DNA of 57,996 nucleotides, the filler included, from Sphacelaria rigidula (Eukaryota), in NCBI GenBank assembly GCA_964200075.2. It is 2 parts of 2 records of this genome, joined end to end, with 100 filler letters (N's around TTAATTAATTAA, not from the genome) between each part and the next. Parts side by side here need not be neighbours in the genome. Positions count along the whole stretch, not along the records: positions 1 to 28,972 come from CAXNAA020000091.1; positions 29,073 to 57,996 come from CAXNAA020000092.1. The stretch is one strand, 5' to 3'. Both the position numbers and the translations under genes were made by a program. The notes under the pieces were generated by a model that had not been told where the DNA came from, ran no database searches, and saw nothing but the letters and a program-made list of their open reading frames with translations. Shown piece after piece: positions 26,805 to 38,646 of this stretch (positions within the stretch are counted from its first letter, which is position 1; the number at the start of each line of letters is the position of its first letter).

Positions 26805-27732
26805 AGAACACGAACTGCAGCAGTGGTGGCCGCCACACATCCACGTTTCTGCAGTGAAACGTGTGCCTGAACCGACACCACCACACGTTTGGCGTTTCTT
26901 CTTGTTAGCGAAAACTTGGGCATCTAATTTTGTAGCAGGGTCTACCGACTGAGCTGCGTGTTGGGGTGGGCGATCGAATTGCATACGCGCTCATGGACAA
27001 TAGAGGCGATCCAAACTGCTCGTGGTTCAAATCTGCTTCGCTGCTGGTATCATTTTCAGTGGCGTTCACAGAGGGATATTTGTCGGATGAAAGAGAAAGT
27101 CCGCAGTCAGACGGCAGGAGGTCACGCGGGCGACTTCTGCGCTGGAACGGTTTTCACAAATCAGCACCATATAATTCACGAACTCGCCCTCCGCCACTCG
27201 GGGCAAACGGTATGGCTCTAGCTGCTAGACTCTAGCTGCTAGAGTCATACCCTTTGACTCAGGTATAAAGGATACTCGTTCATGAATCACAAAGCTGTCC
27301 TTTCTTTGTAGGCCGGTAGGGGTGGACCACCTCAGCACATGGCAGACCGCAGAAAAAAATAATTAGAATGAGGGATTGAATGCCAGCGAAATATAGCACT
27401 TGGCAAAGGATAGGAGTTGGTACAAATTGAATACTTTACATACCCTCTGCAGTATGTACAGGCAGTCAAAAACTGAAAAATGGTGGATCTGCCGACCCCA
27501 TCATGGCCAATGCACGTACGAAAATCGAAAAAGCTCAACACGCCTGCGCCAAAACAACACGAACTGCAGCAGTCGTGGCCGCCACACACCAACGTTACTG
27601 CAGTGAAACGTGTGCCTGAACCGACACCACCACAGTTTTGGCGTTTCTTCTTGTTGGAGAAAACTTGGGCATCTAATTTTGAATTTTGTGGCAGGGTCCA
27701 CCGACTGAGCTGCGTGTTGGGGTGGGCGATCG
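26805..27732 (+). repeat. Diverged ~175-bp direct repeat (about 26805-26975 and 27555-27732)
   Basis: AACACGAACTGCAGCAGT...CAGTGAAACGTGTGCCTGAACCGACACCACCACA...GTTGGGGTGGGCGATCG occurs twice. Confidence 0.85.
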
Positions 27733-27803
27733 CTCTTCACCTGCATCGGACTTTTTCCCTGTTTTTTTATCGCTTGACTGTTTTTCTCTCACGCATTACA
27801 CTT

Positions 27804-28211
27804 GCAACCTTGTACTACTGTACTCTCTGTGCTTGCAGAGTACAGCCTGTACTCGGACAGGGCAGGTGAACAGCACGCACGTAGTTGACATGAGCACAGC
27901 TACATGCATAAAGAACATGCTCAGCGGGCAGGGTACGTTATACTTGTGACCTTGTAACATACTACTGCATGTCCGAGTACAGGCTGCACTCTGCAAGCAC
28001 AGGCAGTACAGTAGTGCAAGGTTGCTGGTGTGAAGCGTGAGAGGGCCGCGTGCTTAGAGATCCGCATCGTAGTTCGAAACATCTCAGGATCGACGTTTTT
28101 CACAACCAAACAGGGTTAAGGTTACCGGTATACTGTACCCTGCCCACTGAGCATGTTCTCCATGTGTGTAGAAGTGTTCATGTCAACTATGTACGTGATG
28201 CTCACCTGCCC
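27804..28211. repeat. Interleaved inverted repeats (foldback-like)
   Basis: 27804-27859 is inverted at about 27970-28025; 27860-27935 is inverted at about 28135-28211. Confidence 0.75.
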
Positions 28212-28972
28212 GCTGAGCATCACACGTGCTCGTCTATGCGCGAGCGGGTTTGTACAAGTGGCGCTCTCAAATTTAAAAACTTGGCTCTCGAATTGCTCGT
28301 ATATAACCGTCGCAGATTGAAAAAATGTGGGCTCCCGAATCAAAATAAACGACGCAGGATAGGTCAAAATAACAGGTGGGGGTTAGATTCTCGTTTCTAC
28401 CGTTGGCGGTGGATATACTTTTTGCCTGCGCAAACACCGTAGGGTGATGCCATGCAGCAGGGATGTGCGTGCTGGACGCTGCCTTCTAAATGGATAGTAT
28501 TTCCAGTACGAGTACAACGGTACTTATCAATCGTTTCCCCCGGTATGCTTCTTCCTTGTTTCTGACCAAACCCGAATTTTCAATAACAAACGGTTAAGTC
28601 GAGGGTCTGTCGAGGGAACATTTTGGGACTCGGAGGCCCGACCCCGCCCCCCTCCCGGAGGGAACTTTTTCGAACGTCGTCGTGGTTTTTGAGATATTTT
28701 CTTATGAGTTTTTTTTGTGATTATTGTTGACATTGTTGAAAAAAAATTGATTAACGGACACTAATAAAACCAAAACTTCTGGCGGGCTTTGCGAGGTTCG
28801 TATATTTGCTTCTGCTCCTTGCCCGCCCTGTCCCGATAACCTCGGATGCCGGCAACGCCCACATACATCTATGAACAGCCTGGATTCGTTTTTGAGGTTC
28901 AACATTTAATTGAGGTTCAACGGACCATCGAAATTTTATTCACTTTGTTCAAAAGGCTCGGGATTCGCAACC

Positions 28973-29072
28973 NNNNNNNNNNNNNNNNNNNNNNNNNNNN
29001 NNNNNNNNNNNNNNNNTTAATTAATTAANNNNNNNNNNNNNNNNNNNNNNNNNNNNNNNNNNNNNNNNNNNN
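28973..29072. other. Assembly gap with artificial TTAATTAATTAA linker
   Basis: 44 N + TTAATTAATTAA (stop codons in all six frames) + 44 N = 100 nt. Confidence 0.97.
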
Positions 29073-29118
29073 TAGGCTTGAGCCTCATCTCGAAGTTAAA
29101 CCTCAATTCGCACAATTT

Positions 29119-32100
29119 GTGGTTACTATGTATTTATTGGATTCAAACCATAGTTGTTTGTTACCTCATGGCATGGCCACGAGTACAACACGGATCTGGT
29201 ATGAAATAACAAAAACCCATTCGCGGGTTCGCGTCTTACGTGTTCTCGTCTTCGCGTGTTCATTTTGGTATTCACGTGTTCGCTTGTTCGCTTGTTCACG
29301 TATTCGCGTGTTGGCGTGTTGGCGTGTTGGCGTGTTGGCGTGTTCGCGTGTTACGTGTTCGCGTCTTCGCGTCTTTGCTTGTGTCTTCACGTCTCCGGCC
29401 ATTGGGTCCTCGGCGGTCAGGTCGTAGGTGCTCGGTTTCTCTAGCTAGGATTCCCGAAAATTGACCCTGAGGCTGAGTTTCAGCTTCACGAATACGTTTC
29501 CAGACCATATCTTGTGGTACCACCGCTGAATATTTCTTGGATTCAAACCATAGTTGTTTGTTACCTCAAAACATGACTACGAGCACAACACGGATCCGGT
29601 ATGAAATGACGTAGACCTCTTCGCGTGTTCGCGTGTTCGCTTGTTCTCGTGTTCGCGTGTTCGCTTGTTCGCTTGTATCTTCACGTGTTCGTGTGTTCGC
29701 GGGTTCTCTTGTGTCTTCACACGTGTTCGGCCACCGGGTCCACGGCGGTCAGGTCGTCGGTGTTCGGGTTCTCCATTTTGGATTCCTGAAGATTTACCCT
29801 GAGGCTGTTGTTCAGATAGTTGTTCGTTACCTCATAGCATGGCCACGAGCACAACACGGATCCGGTATGAAATGACAAAGAACCTCTTCGCGTGTTCGCG
29901 TGTTCGCGTGTTCGCGTGTTCGCGTGTTCTCGTGTTCTCGTGTTCGTGTCTTCGCATGTTCGCGTGTCCGCGTGTACGTGCGTTCGCGTCTTCACGTCTT
30001 CGTCCATGTCTTCACTTGTTCGTGTGTTTGCGTGTTGGCTTGTTCGCTTGTTTGCGTCTTCTCGTCTTACGTGATCGCGTGGTCGCGTGTTAGCGTGTTC
30101 GCGTGTTCGCTTGTGTTTTACTTGTTCGTGTATTCGCGTGTTGGCTTGTTCGATTCTTGGATTCCCCAAGATGTGACCCTAAGACTGAGTTTTAGCTTCA
30201 GGAATACGTACGTTTCCAGACCAAATCTTGTGTTTTCCCCACTGGATGAATAGATTTGAACCAGAGTTGTTTGTTACTTCATAGCATGGCCACGAGCACA
30301 ATACGGAGACGGTATGAAATGACAAAGACCTCTTCGCGTGTTCGCGTCTTACGTGTTCGCGTGTCCTCGTGTTTGCGTGTTCGCGTGTTTGTTCTCGTCT
30401 TCACGTGTTCGGCCACCGGGTCCACGGCAGTCAGGTCGTCGGCGCTTGATTTCTCATGTTTGGACTGTCAGAAAGATGTGACCCTGAGGCTGAGTTTGAG
30501 CTTCAGGATAACGGTTATAGACCATACCTTGTGTTACGACCACTATATATTGATTGAATTCAAACCATAGTTGTTTGTTACCTCATAGCATGGCCACGAC
30601 CACAACACGGATCCGGTATAAAATGATCGCTTGTGTCTTCACGTGTTCGGCCACCGGGTCCTTGGCGGTCAGGTCGTCGGTGTTTGGTTTCTCTATTTAG
30701 GATTGTCAAAGATGTGACTCCGAGGCTGAGTTTGAGCTTCAGGAATACGTTTTCAGACCATATCTTGTGTTACCACCACCATGAATTTCTTCGAAACAAA
30801 CCATAGTTGTTTGTTACCTCATAGCATGGCCACGAGCACAACACAGATCCGGTATGAAATGACGTGGACCTCTTCGCTGTTCGCGTCTTCGCTTGTTCTC
30901 GTGTTCTCGTGTTCACGTGCTCTCGTCTTCTCGTCTTCTCGTCTTCTCGTGTTCGCGTGTCCGCCTAATCTCGTGTTCGCGTGTTCGCTTAATCTCGTGT
31001 TCGCCTCTTCGCTTGTGACTTCACGTGTTCGCGTCTTCGTCCGTGTCTTCACTTGTTCGTGTGTTCGCGTGGTCGCTTGTTTGCTTGTTCGCGTGGTCGC
31101 GTCTTCGCGTCTTCGCTTGTTCTCTTCTTCGCTTGTGTCTTCACGTGTTTGCGTGTTTGCGTGTTCGCGTATTGACTTGTCCGCGTGTTCGCGTGTTCGC
31201 GTGTTCGCGTGTTCGCTCTCGTCTTCACGTGTTCGGCCACCGGGTCCACGGCGGTCAGGTCGTCGGTGCTCGGTTTCTCTTTTTGGGATTGTCAGAGATT
31301 TGACCCTGAGGCTGAGTGTCAGCTTCAGGAATACGTACGTTTTGAGACCATGTCTTGTGTGACCACCACTATATATTGATTGGATTCAAACCATAGTTGT
31401 TTGTTACCTCGTAGCATGGCCACGACCACAACACGGATGCGGTATGAAATGACAAAGACCTTTTCGCGTGTTGGCGTGTTGGCGTGTTGGCGTGTTGGCG
31501 TGTTGGCGTGCTCGCGTGTTCGCTTGATCGCGACTTCGCTTGTTCGCGTCTTCGCTTGTGTCTTCACGTGCGGCCACCGCGTCCTCGGCGGTCAGGTCGT
31601 CGGTGCTCGGTCTTCCAGGATTCCCGAAGACTAACCCTGAGGCTGAGTGTCAGCTTCAGAAATACGTTTGCAGACCATATCTTGTGTGACCACTACTGTA
31701 TATTTCCTGGATTCAAACCATAGTTATTTGTTACCTCCAGGCATGTCCACGAGCACAACACGGATCCGGTGTGAAATGACAAAACCTCTTTGCGTCTTAC
31801 GTGTTCGCTTGTTCGCTTGTTCGCGTGTTCGCGTGTTCGCTTGTTCGCGCGTGCGCTTGTTGACGTGTTCGCTTGTGTCTTCACGTGTTGGCGTGTTGGC
31901 GTGTTGGCGTGTTGGCGTGTTCGGGTGTTCGCGTGTTCGCTTGTTCGCGTCTCCGCTTCTCACGTGTTCGCGTGTTCGCGTGTTCTTGTGATCGCGTCTT
32001 CGCTTGTGTCTTCACGTGTTCGGCCACCGGGTTCACGGCGCTCAGGTCGTCCGTGCTCGGTTTCTCTTTTTTGGATTGTGAGAGGTGTGACCCTGAGGCT

Positions 32101-34066
32101 AAGTTTCAGCTTCAGGGATACGTTTCCAGCCCATATCTTGTGTTACCACCACTATATGTTTCTGGGATTCAAACCATAGTTGTTTGTTACCTCATGGCAT
32201 GGCCACGACCACAACACGGATCCGGTATGAAATGACAAACATCTGTTCGCGTGTCTGCGTGTCTGCGTGTCCGCGTGTCCGCGTGTTCGCGTGTTCGCGT
32301 GTTCGCGTGTTCGCGTGTTCGCGTGTTCGCGTGTTTGCTCTCGTCTTCACGTGTTTGGCCACCGGGTCCACGGCGGTCAGGTCGTCCGTGATCGGTTTCT
32401 CTTTTTGGAATGTCAGAGATGTGACCCTGAGGCTGAGATTTAGCTTCAGGATTACGTTTCCAGACCATATGTTGTGTTACCACCGCTGAATATTGATTGG
32501 ATTCAAACCATAGTTGTTTGTTACCTCATAGCATGGCCACGAGCACAACACGGATTCGGTATGAAATGACAAAGACCTCTTCGCGTGTTGGCGTGTTGGC
32601 GTGTTGGCGTGTTGGCGTGTTGGCGTGTTCTCGTGTTCTCGTGTTCGCTTGTTCGCTTGTTCGCTTGTTCGCGTCTTCATTGTTCGCGTCTTCGCTTGTG
32701 TCTTCACGTGTTCGGCCATGGGGTCCTCGGCGGTCAGGTTGCCGGTGCTCGGTTTCTCTTTTTTGGATTGTCAAAGATGTGACCCTGAGGCTGAGTTTCA
32801 GCTTCAGGAAAACGTTTGCAGACCATATGTTGTGTTACCACCACTGAATAATTATTGGATTCAAACCATAGTCGTTGGTTATCTGAAGGCATGGCCACGA
32901 TCACAACACAGGTCCGGTAAAAAATGACAAAGATACTTCGCGTGCTCGCGTCTTACATGTTCGGGTGTTCGCTTGTTCGCGTGTTCTCGTGTTCGCGTCT
33001 TCGCTTGTTTGCGTCTTCGCTTGTGTCTTGACGTGTTCGTGAGTTCGCTTGTCGGCTTGTTCGCGTCTTGGCTTGTTTGCGTCTTTGATTGTGTCTTGAC
33101 GTGTTCGTGAGGTCGCTTGTCCGCTTGTTCGGTCTTTGCGCCTTACGTGTTCGCGTCTTTGCGTGTTCGCTTGTGTCTTCACGTGTTCGTCCACCGGATC
33201 CTCGGCGGTCAGGTCGTCGATGCTCGGTTTCTCTTTTTTGGATTGTCAAAGATGTGACCCTGAGGCTGAGTTTCAGCTTCAGGAATACGTTTCCGGACCA
33301 TATGTTGTGTTACCACCACTATGTATTTCTTGGATTCAAACCATCGTTGTTTGTTACCTCATGGCATGGCCACGACCACAACACGGATCCGGTATGAGAT
33401 GACGTAGACCTCTTCGCGTCTTCGCGTGTTGGCTTGTTCGCGTGTTCGGTTGTGTCTTCACGTGTTCGGCCACCGGGTCCTCGGCGGTCAGGTCGTCGGT
33501 GCTCGGTTTCTCGTTTTAGGATTCTCGAAGATGTGAGCCTGAGGCTGAGTTTCAGCTTCAGGAACACGTTTTTAGACCAATCTTATGTGACCACCACTAT
33601 GTATTGATTGGATTCAAACCATAGTTGTTTGTTACCTCCAGGCATGGCCACGAGCACAACACGGATTCGGTATGAAAAGACAAAGACCTCTTTGCGTGAT
33701 CGCTTGTTCGCTTGTTCGCTTGTTCGCGTCGTACATGTTCGCGTCTTCGCTCGTGTCTTCACGTGTTCGGCCACTGGATCCTCGGCGGAAAGGTCGTGGG
33801 TGCTCGGTTACTCTATTTTGGATTGTCAAACATGTGACCCTGAGGCTGAGTTTCAGCTTCAGCATTACGTTTCCAGACCATATCTTGTGTTACCACCACT
33901 GGATAGTTCTTGCTTTTAAACCATAGTTGTTTGTTACCTCTAGGCATGGCCACGAGCACAACACGAATCCACGGATACGGTATGTAATGACAAAGACCTC
34001 TTCGCGTGCTCGCGTGCTCGTGTGCTCGCGTGCTCGCGTGCTCGCGTGTTCGCGTGTTCGCGTGTT
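29119..34066 (+). repeat. 14-unit tandem array: conserved ~230-bp block alternating with variable-length degenerate (CGCGTGTT)n tracts
   Basis: The GGATTCAAACCATAGTTGTTTGTTACCTC...CATGGCCACGAGCACAACACGGATCCGGTATGAAATGAC block occurs at about 29140, 29540, 29820, 30256, 30560, 30795, 31383, 31711, 32167, 32500, 32860, 33333, 33611 and 33916. Confidence 0.95.
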
Positions 34067-34165
34067 TGGCAATGTAATTGTCGCTGCTTGGATTCGGAAA
34101 TTCGTCGAGATCATCAACTTTGTTTTGTTTTCAGATACCAAGTCACGCTTCCACGAGCTGCAGCC

Positions 34166-35509
34166 ATGAGCAACACATCGTCGCCACTGTTTCAAAAAAT
34201 CGCAACCTGTTCCAACGCGATACGGCACCTCGAGGACGACCGGCATGACTCGTCGTATCAAGAAGTGATGAGGCACCTCCCTCAAAACAAGGCCACGGGA
34301 CACAAGAATACTGATCTGTTCAAAGCATCACTGGAGTATTTGAGGCTGTGGTTCGTCGATCGCGGAACTGATGTTCGCAAGAATAGCATCGCCATGTACA
34401 TGGCCACGTTGTTCGCAGACGACAAAGAAAAAACGGGCCTCACCAAGGAGGTTTGTGAACGCTTCCGGGGCCTCGATGACTTCGATCGGCACGTGATGAC
34501 CAAGATCTTCAGCTTCTCCATCTGCAACGACAGGGTTTGTGCTCTGCTCGACCGTGGCATGACTCTGAAGACAAAGGACATCCCAGTCATCAAGCACCAT
34601 TTGGATGAGGAGTTCATTTTCCTATTCTTCAATATCTTGGAGAGCCTTGTGGGCCGCGGGCACACGCTGACCGATCTGGGCTACGCGGCAAGCGTAACAT
34701 CTTCTGACATGGAAGGCGCGCGGCAGATTTTTGACCAGCACGTCGATGACATCGCCACCAAATGCTCGCCGTGTTTCAAGCCCAATGTGCTGAAGACGCC
34801 GCGTGGGCAAAACAATCTGTTCCTAGCCGGTGGTGCACTTCCCCACGTGTCGATCGGATGCACGCCCGTGAACTACGACGAGGCTACGATTGACACGCTG
34901 AAAGAAAGTCTTCTAGAGAAGGAAGAGAAGGGCGAGTTCCTGGAGATGATGTTCGCCGCGATTTCTCATGCATCGAACGAGCCTGTTGTGACCTATCGCG
35001 GTTTGAAACTAGAATCTGTCAAGACCTTCTTCCTGGAAAAGATCCTGGACAAGGCGCAAGCCGATGAAACACTTCAATTAATGTGTGCATCAGACGAAGC
35101 ACGTGAGCTTCGCAAAGAAGTAGTAAATTTGAGTGAGGAACTCTCGTCTGTAAAGGAGGAACTCTCGTCTGTAAAGGAGGAACTCTCGTCTGAAAAGGAG
35201 GAACTCTCGTCTCTAGAGCAGCAGCGCTCATCCACAGAGGAGAAATACAGGTCTTTGGTGAAAGAAAATCCGGTATTGAAGCGCAAAAATAAGGAATTGG
35301 AACACAAATTGCCTCGTGTGAAACAAGCTTTGGAGCATAGCGAGAAGTTCGCGGACGACCTCAACAAGTACTACCAGAAGAACTTCGTCAAGAAAAAGTC
35401 GAGGATGTCTGCCAAGGAGAAAAACGACAAGATGTGGCGTTTGAGCAATGGCGAGCACAGCGAAGAGGAAGAAAAAGAGACCATGTGGAGCGGAGATGAA
35501 GAAGGGTAG
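34166..35509 (+). CDS. Orphan 447-aa protein with C-terminal coiled coil and basic/acidic tail
   Basis: Long intact ORF with GCAGCCATG start context and heptad repeats (EELSSVK, 21-bp unit x4). A pyrimidine tract plus CAG acceptor lies at 34134. Confidence 0.8.
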   Translation: MSNTSSPLFQKIATCSNAIRHLEDDRHDSSYQEVMRHLPQNKATGHKNTDLFKASLEYLRLWFVDRGTDVRKNSIAMYMATLFADDKEKTGLTKEVCERFRGLDDFDRHVMTKIFSFSICNDRVCALLDRGMTLKTKDIPVIKHHLDEEFIFLFFNILESLVGRGHTLTDLGYAASVTSSDMEGARQIFDQHVDDIATKCSPCFKPNVLKTPRGQNNLFLAGGALPHVSIGCTPVNYDEATIDTLKESLLEKEEKGEFLEMMFAAISHASNEPVVTYRGLKLESVKTFFLEKILDKAQADETLQLMCASDEARELRKEVVNLSEELSSVKEELSSVKEELSSEKEELSSLEQQRSSTEEKYRSLVKENPVLKRKNKELEHKLPRVKQALEHSEKFADDLNKYYQKNFVKKKSRMSAKEKNDKMWRLSNGEHSEEEEKETMWSGDEEG

Positions 35510-35514
35510 CTACG

Positions 35515-36385
35515 CGAGCGTGCAAGCCTCGTGGCCACGAAGATTTGACGTGAAGAGGGAGCAATCGGCCTGGAGGGGATTGCTTTTGCTTTGCATCTCC
35601 TGTGTTGACCACGTGGGCGCGGGAATCTTCTTGTCATGTCATCGCGGGAGAAAATCTCTTAATGTGTAGCGGTGGATGCGTGCAAGCCTCGTGGCCGCGA
35701 AGATGTGACAAAAACGGCAAGCAATCGGTCTGGAGGGAATTGCTCTCGCTTTGCATCTCTCGTGCTGGCCTCAAGGGCGCAAAAACATTTCGCTCAATAT
35801 ATAGGGGTAGATGCGTGCTAGCCTCGTGGCCGCGAAGATTTGACGATAACGGGGAGCAATCGGCCTGGAGGGGACTGCTCTCGCTGTACACTGTTTCTGT
35901 TGGCCACTTGAGCGCAACATTTCGCTCAACATGTAGGGGTCGGTGCGTGCAAGCCTTGTGGCGGCGAAGATTTCACCAAAAGGGGTGGCAATCGGTCTGG
36001 AGGGCATTGCTTTTTTCCTACACGAAAAGAATTTGAGAAACAGAGGAGAGCGATCGGCCTCGAGAGGACTGCTTTTCTCCTACACCTTTTGTGCCGGCCA
36101 CACGAGCGCAAAAAAAAATCAAAAAAAGAGGAGAGCAATGGGCCTCGAGGGTATTGCTCTCCTTCTACACCACTTGTGCCGGCGATGCGAGCGCGAAAAA
36201 AATCGAAAAAAAGAGGAAAGCAATGGGCCTCGAGGGTATTTCTTCACTCCTCGACGTCCTGTGCTGGCCACGTGACCACGAAAATAAAATCGCCATGTGA
36301 TCGCGAAAAAGAGAGCAAAGCAACCGTCCTCGAAGGCATTACTTCCCTCCAACACCTCGTGTGCTGGCCATGTGACCGCGAAGAA
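35515..36385 (+). repeat. Degenerate tandem array directly downstream of the stop codon (units ~85-160 bp)
   Basis: GCGTGCAAGCCTCGTGGCCGCGAAGAT...GCAATCGG.CTGGAGGG x4, followed by about 4 shorter GCAATGGGCCTCGAGGG-type units. Confidence 0.85.
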
Positions 36386-36951
36386 AAAATCGAGGTTTTA
36401 GACACTCTAAGAAGCGAAAACAGGAAAAGTAAATCAATGTCTCAATCATATCTTATTGCAAGGCACAAACACTCGAAAGGCACCGTCCGACACAATTCGA
36501 TCTACACTAAGCGAAGTGCTCCCGGAAACCAGCTCGTGCGACTAAGCGCTCCAAATCGCGTCGTCGAGTCGTCAGTCAGTACGGCTGCTGCACGGTGGCA
36601 TACCTCATTCTTCCCGCACCCGTAAGCTCCTAGAGCAGAAAAATACTTCGACGCACTCGAGAAGCTGTTTGATAGGCCTTTCGAAAATTACAACAGGGTA
36701 CGCGAAAAGAAAAGGGAAGGTGACCATCGAGAATTCAGTCTACAATCCGTCGCGGACAAAAATGACCAAGAATCACTAGTGCGAATGGAGCCTGCGTAGA
36801 CAAGCGTCAAGAAAAAGGAACAGTCTGGTGTTGATTTGTGCCATGGCAACCATTCTTGCGCTGATTGGATTGAATTTCTATCGCAAAATACCCGAGCCAC
36901 AATTCAAATATATAAACATTAATAAACCCACGACACAAAGAACGCGACAAC

Positions 36952-37239
36952 ATGCTTGTCCCGACTGACACGCCCCCTCCACTTCCACCTCCCGCGGCCG
37001 ATGCCAGAGCTGGGGCCGCTGCCTGGCCTGGTAGTTGGGGTTTACCGTCAGAACTCGTTCGTTCCCTGGTACGTAGCTTTCTAGGCCATATCCCTCCACT
37101 AGCCCAATTCTCACCAACCCGTCCCATTGAATCTCCACCAGATAGTCCAGCCGGTCCCCCCGGACCAGTGCTCCCTCTATCTCCCTTCAACAAACCAAGA
37201 CCCAGACCTAGTCTCAACAATCCTCCGTACCCTGAGTGA
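36952..37239 (+). CDS. Possible short proline-rich ORF or gene fragment
   Basis: TATATAAA lies about 45 bp upstream and the start context is ACAACATG; no recognisable domain. Confidence 0.25.
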   Translation: MLVPTDTPPPLPPPAADARAGAAAWPGSWGLPSELVRSLVRSFLGHIPPLAQFSPTRPIESPPDSPAGPPGPVLPLSPFNKPRPRPSLNNPPYPE

Positions 37240-38646
37240 AACCTGTGCAACCGATCGAGACAATTGAAGTACCGCGTCCAGGCGTGCGGCGCGCTCTGGT
37301 GAGGGTATGCCGCCTACTGCTGGGTGGCGATTACATCTTGAGTAGAGTTCGCCTGGTACACGTAAACAGAGGAGGGACACACTTGTTTGAAATGACCATC
37401 CGGCTGCGCTTGAGGTGTTTGTTCTTGCCTCGGTACCCTTTTAAGCATGCATTCAATGCTAGAATGTGCACTCCTCAAGAAAGACTTCACGCCCCCTACC
37501 CACAGTTACACTTTCAAGGACGTGGCATACAACTAAATCAGGTCTAACTATGGAGTGTAAAACAGCGACCCCCCGACAAATAGTCTATCAACCTGTCAAA
37601 TGCGTTAAGTGAACCTGAACATGAGCGTCATGGCGGTGAGTAGTGCGGGTTGCGTTTGCGGATGGTGGTGAAATGGCTATCTTCAGTACTCCACTGACAA
37701 CCTCAACATTCAAAGAAGTCCAACAACGCCACCACAAAGCCACTGCCATCACAAAAGTAACTCCAACAACAGACGCAATTGGCCACGGTAGCACCAGTAG
37801 AGCACGTAATGTTTATGAAGGTTTCGGCAGCTTTTTGAGATTAAGCCCCTCGAAGTTGCTCTCGCCTCAAACAAATTTCCAGCCCGTCACAAAACTACTT
37901 CCCACCTGTACCTGCTCGCTTCTGGATTGAAGCTTTTGAGTGTTTATTCGACGCCCTCTCGTTTTCAGCCCGGTGGGGCTCACAGCCTCTCGCGGCCCTC
38001 TTCGCCTCAGAAGTAAGCTCCTCGGCTCTTCCGGCACTAACGACACCCCCAGCAGCACCACCAGTACCAGACGCAGCGCCTCCACCTATCATCGACAGGA
38101 GGGAGGGAGGACACAACCATAGGGTAATAGAGAGAGGGTTGATGGGGGGAGGGGAGGGGTACGGCGGTGAGACGAAAACGATGCTCCCCGTGCGAAGGTG
38201 CTTTTTCTGGGCTTGTGTGAAGCATTTGAGGTAAATGGGCGTGTCAAAGGTACGGGAACATGGGGGGGGGGGGGAGGAAATAGAGTGCCACGCCTGGTGT
38301 TGCTCTCTCTTCCATCCATGGCGCTCGACCAATCGGTGAGCTTTCCGTCTGCAGCAACAACACGATGCTCGTGCTGATATAAATCATCGCGTAGGGTATA
38401 GGGGGGCGACAAGCGTGTCAATCAGAGCCGTTTAGAATGCCGGTGGAGAGCGTAAAAAAATAGGATTCACAATAGCCGCGAAGGTCAGAGGAGACCGGGG
38501 AGTAGGACCTTCAGAAGCGTCGGGACAAGAGAATACGACAACATCACCACCACCACCCCTATGTGCAACACGAATCAAAGCAGCGGGAGGAAAATACAAC
38601 ATGCGCAGCAGAAATCTACCTCGCCACGACCACCTAGGGTTAGGGT

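Noticed and set aside
29017-29028. TTAATTAATTAA palindrome
   Set aside because: It is an artificial scaffolding linker within Ns, so adjacency of the two halves is not guaranteed.
29119-34060. Many RVRVFACS/TRTREHAN ORFs
   Set aside because: They are translations of the CGCGTGTT microsatellite.
29119-34066. CRISPR-like repeat-spacer array
   Set aside because: Repeats are ~230 bp, the spacers are microsatellite-derived rather than unique, there are no cas genes and the context is eukaryotic.
37140-37190. Collagen-like KGDRGSTGPGGPAG on the minus strand
   Set aside because: Only 4-5 triplets; likely the antisense shadow of a Pro-rich stretch.
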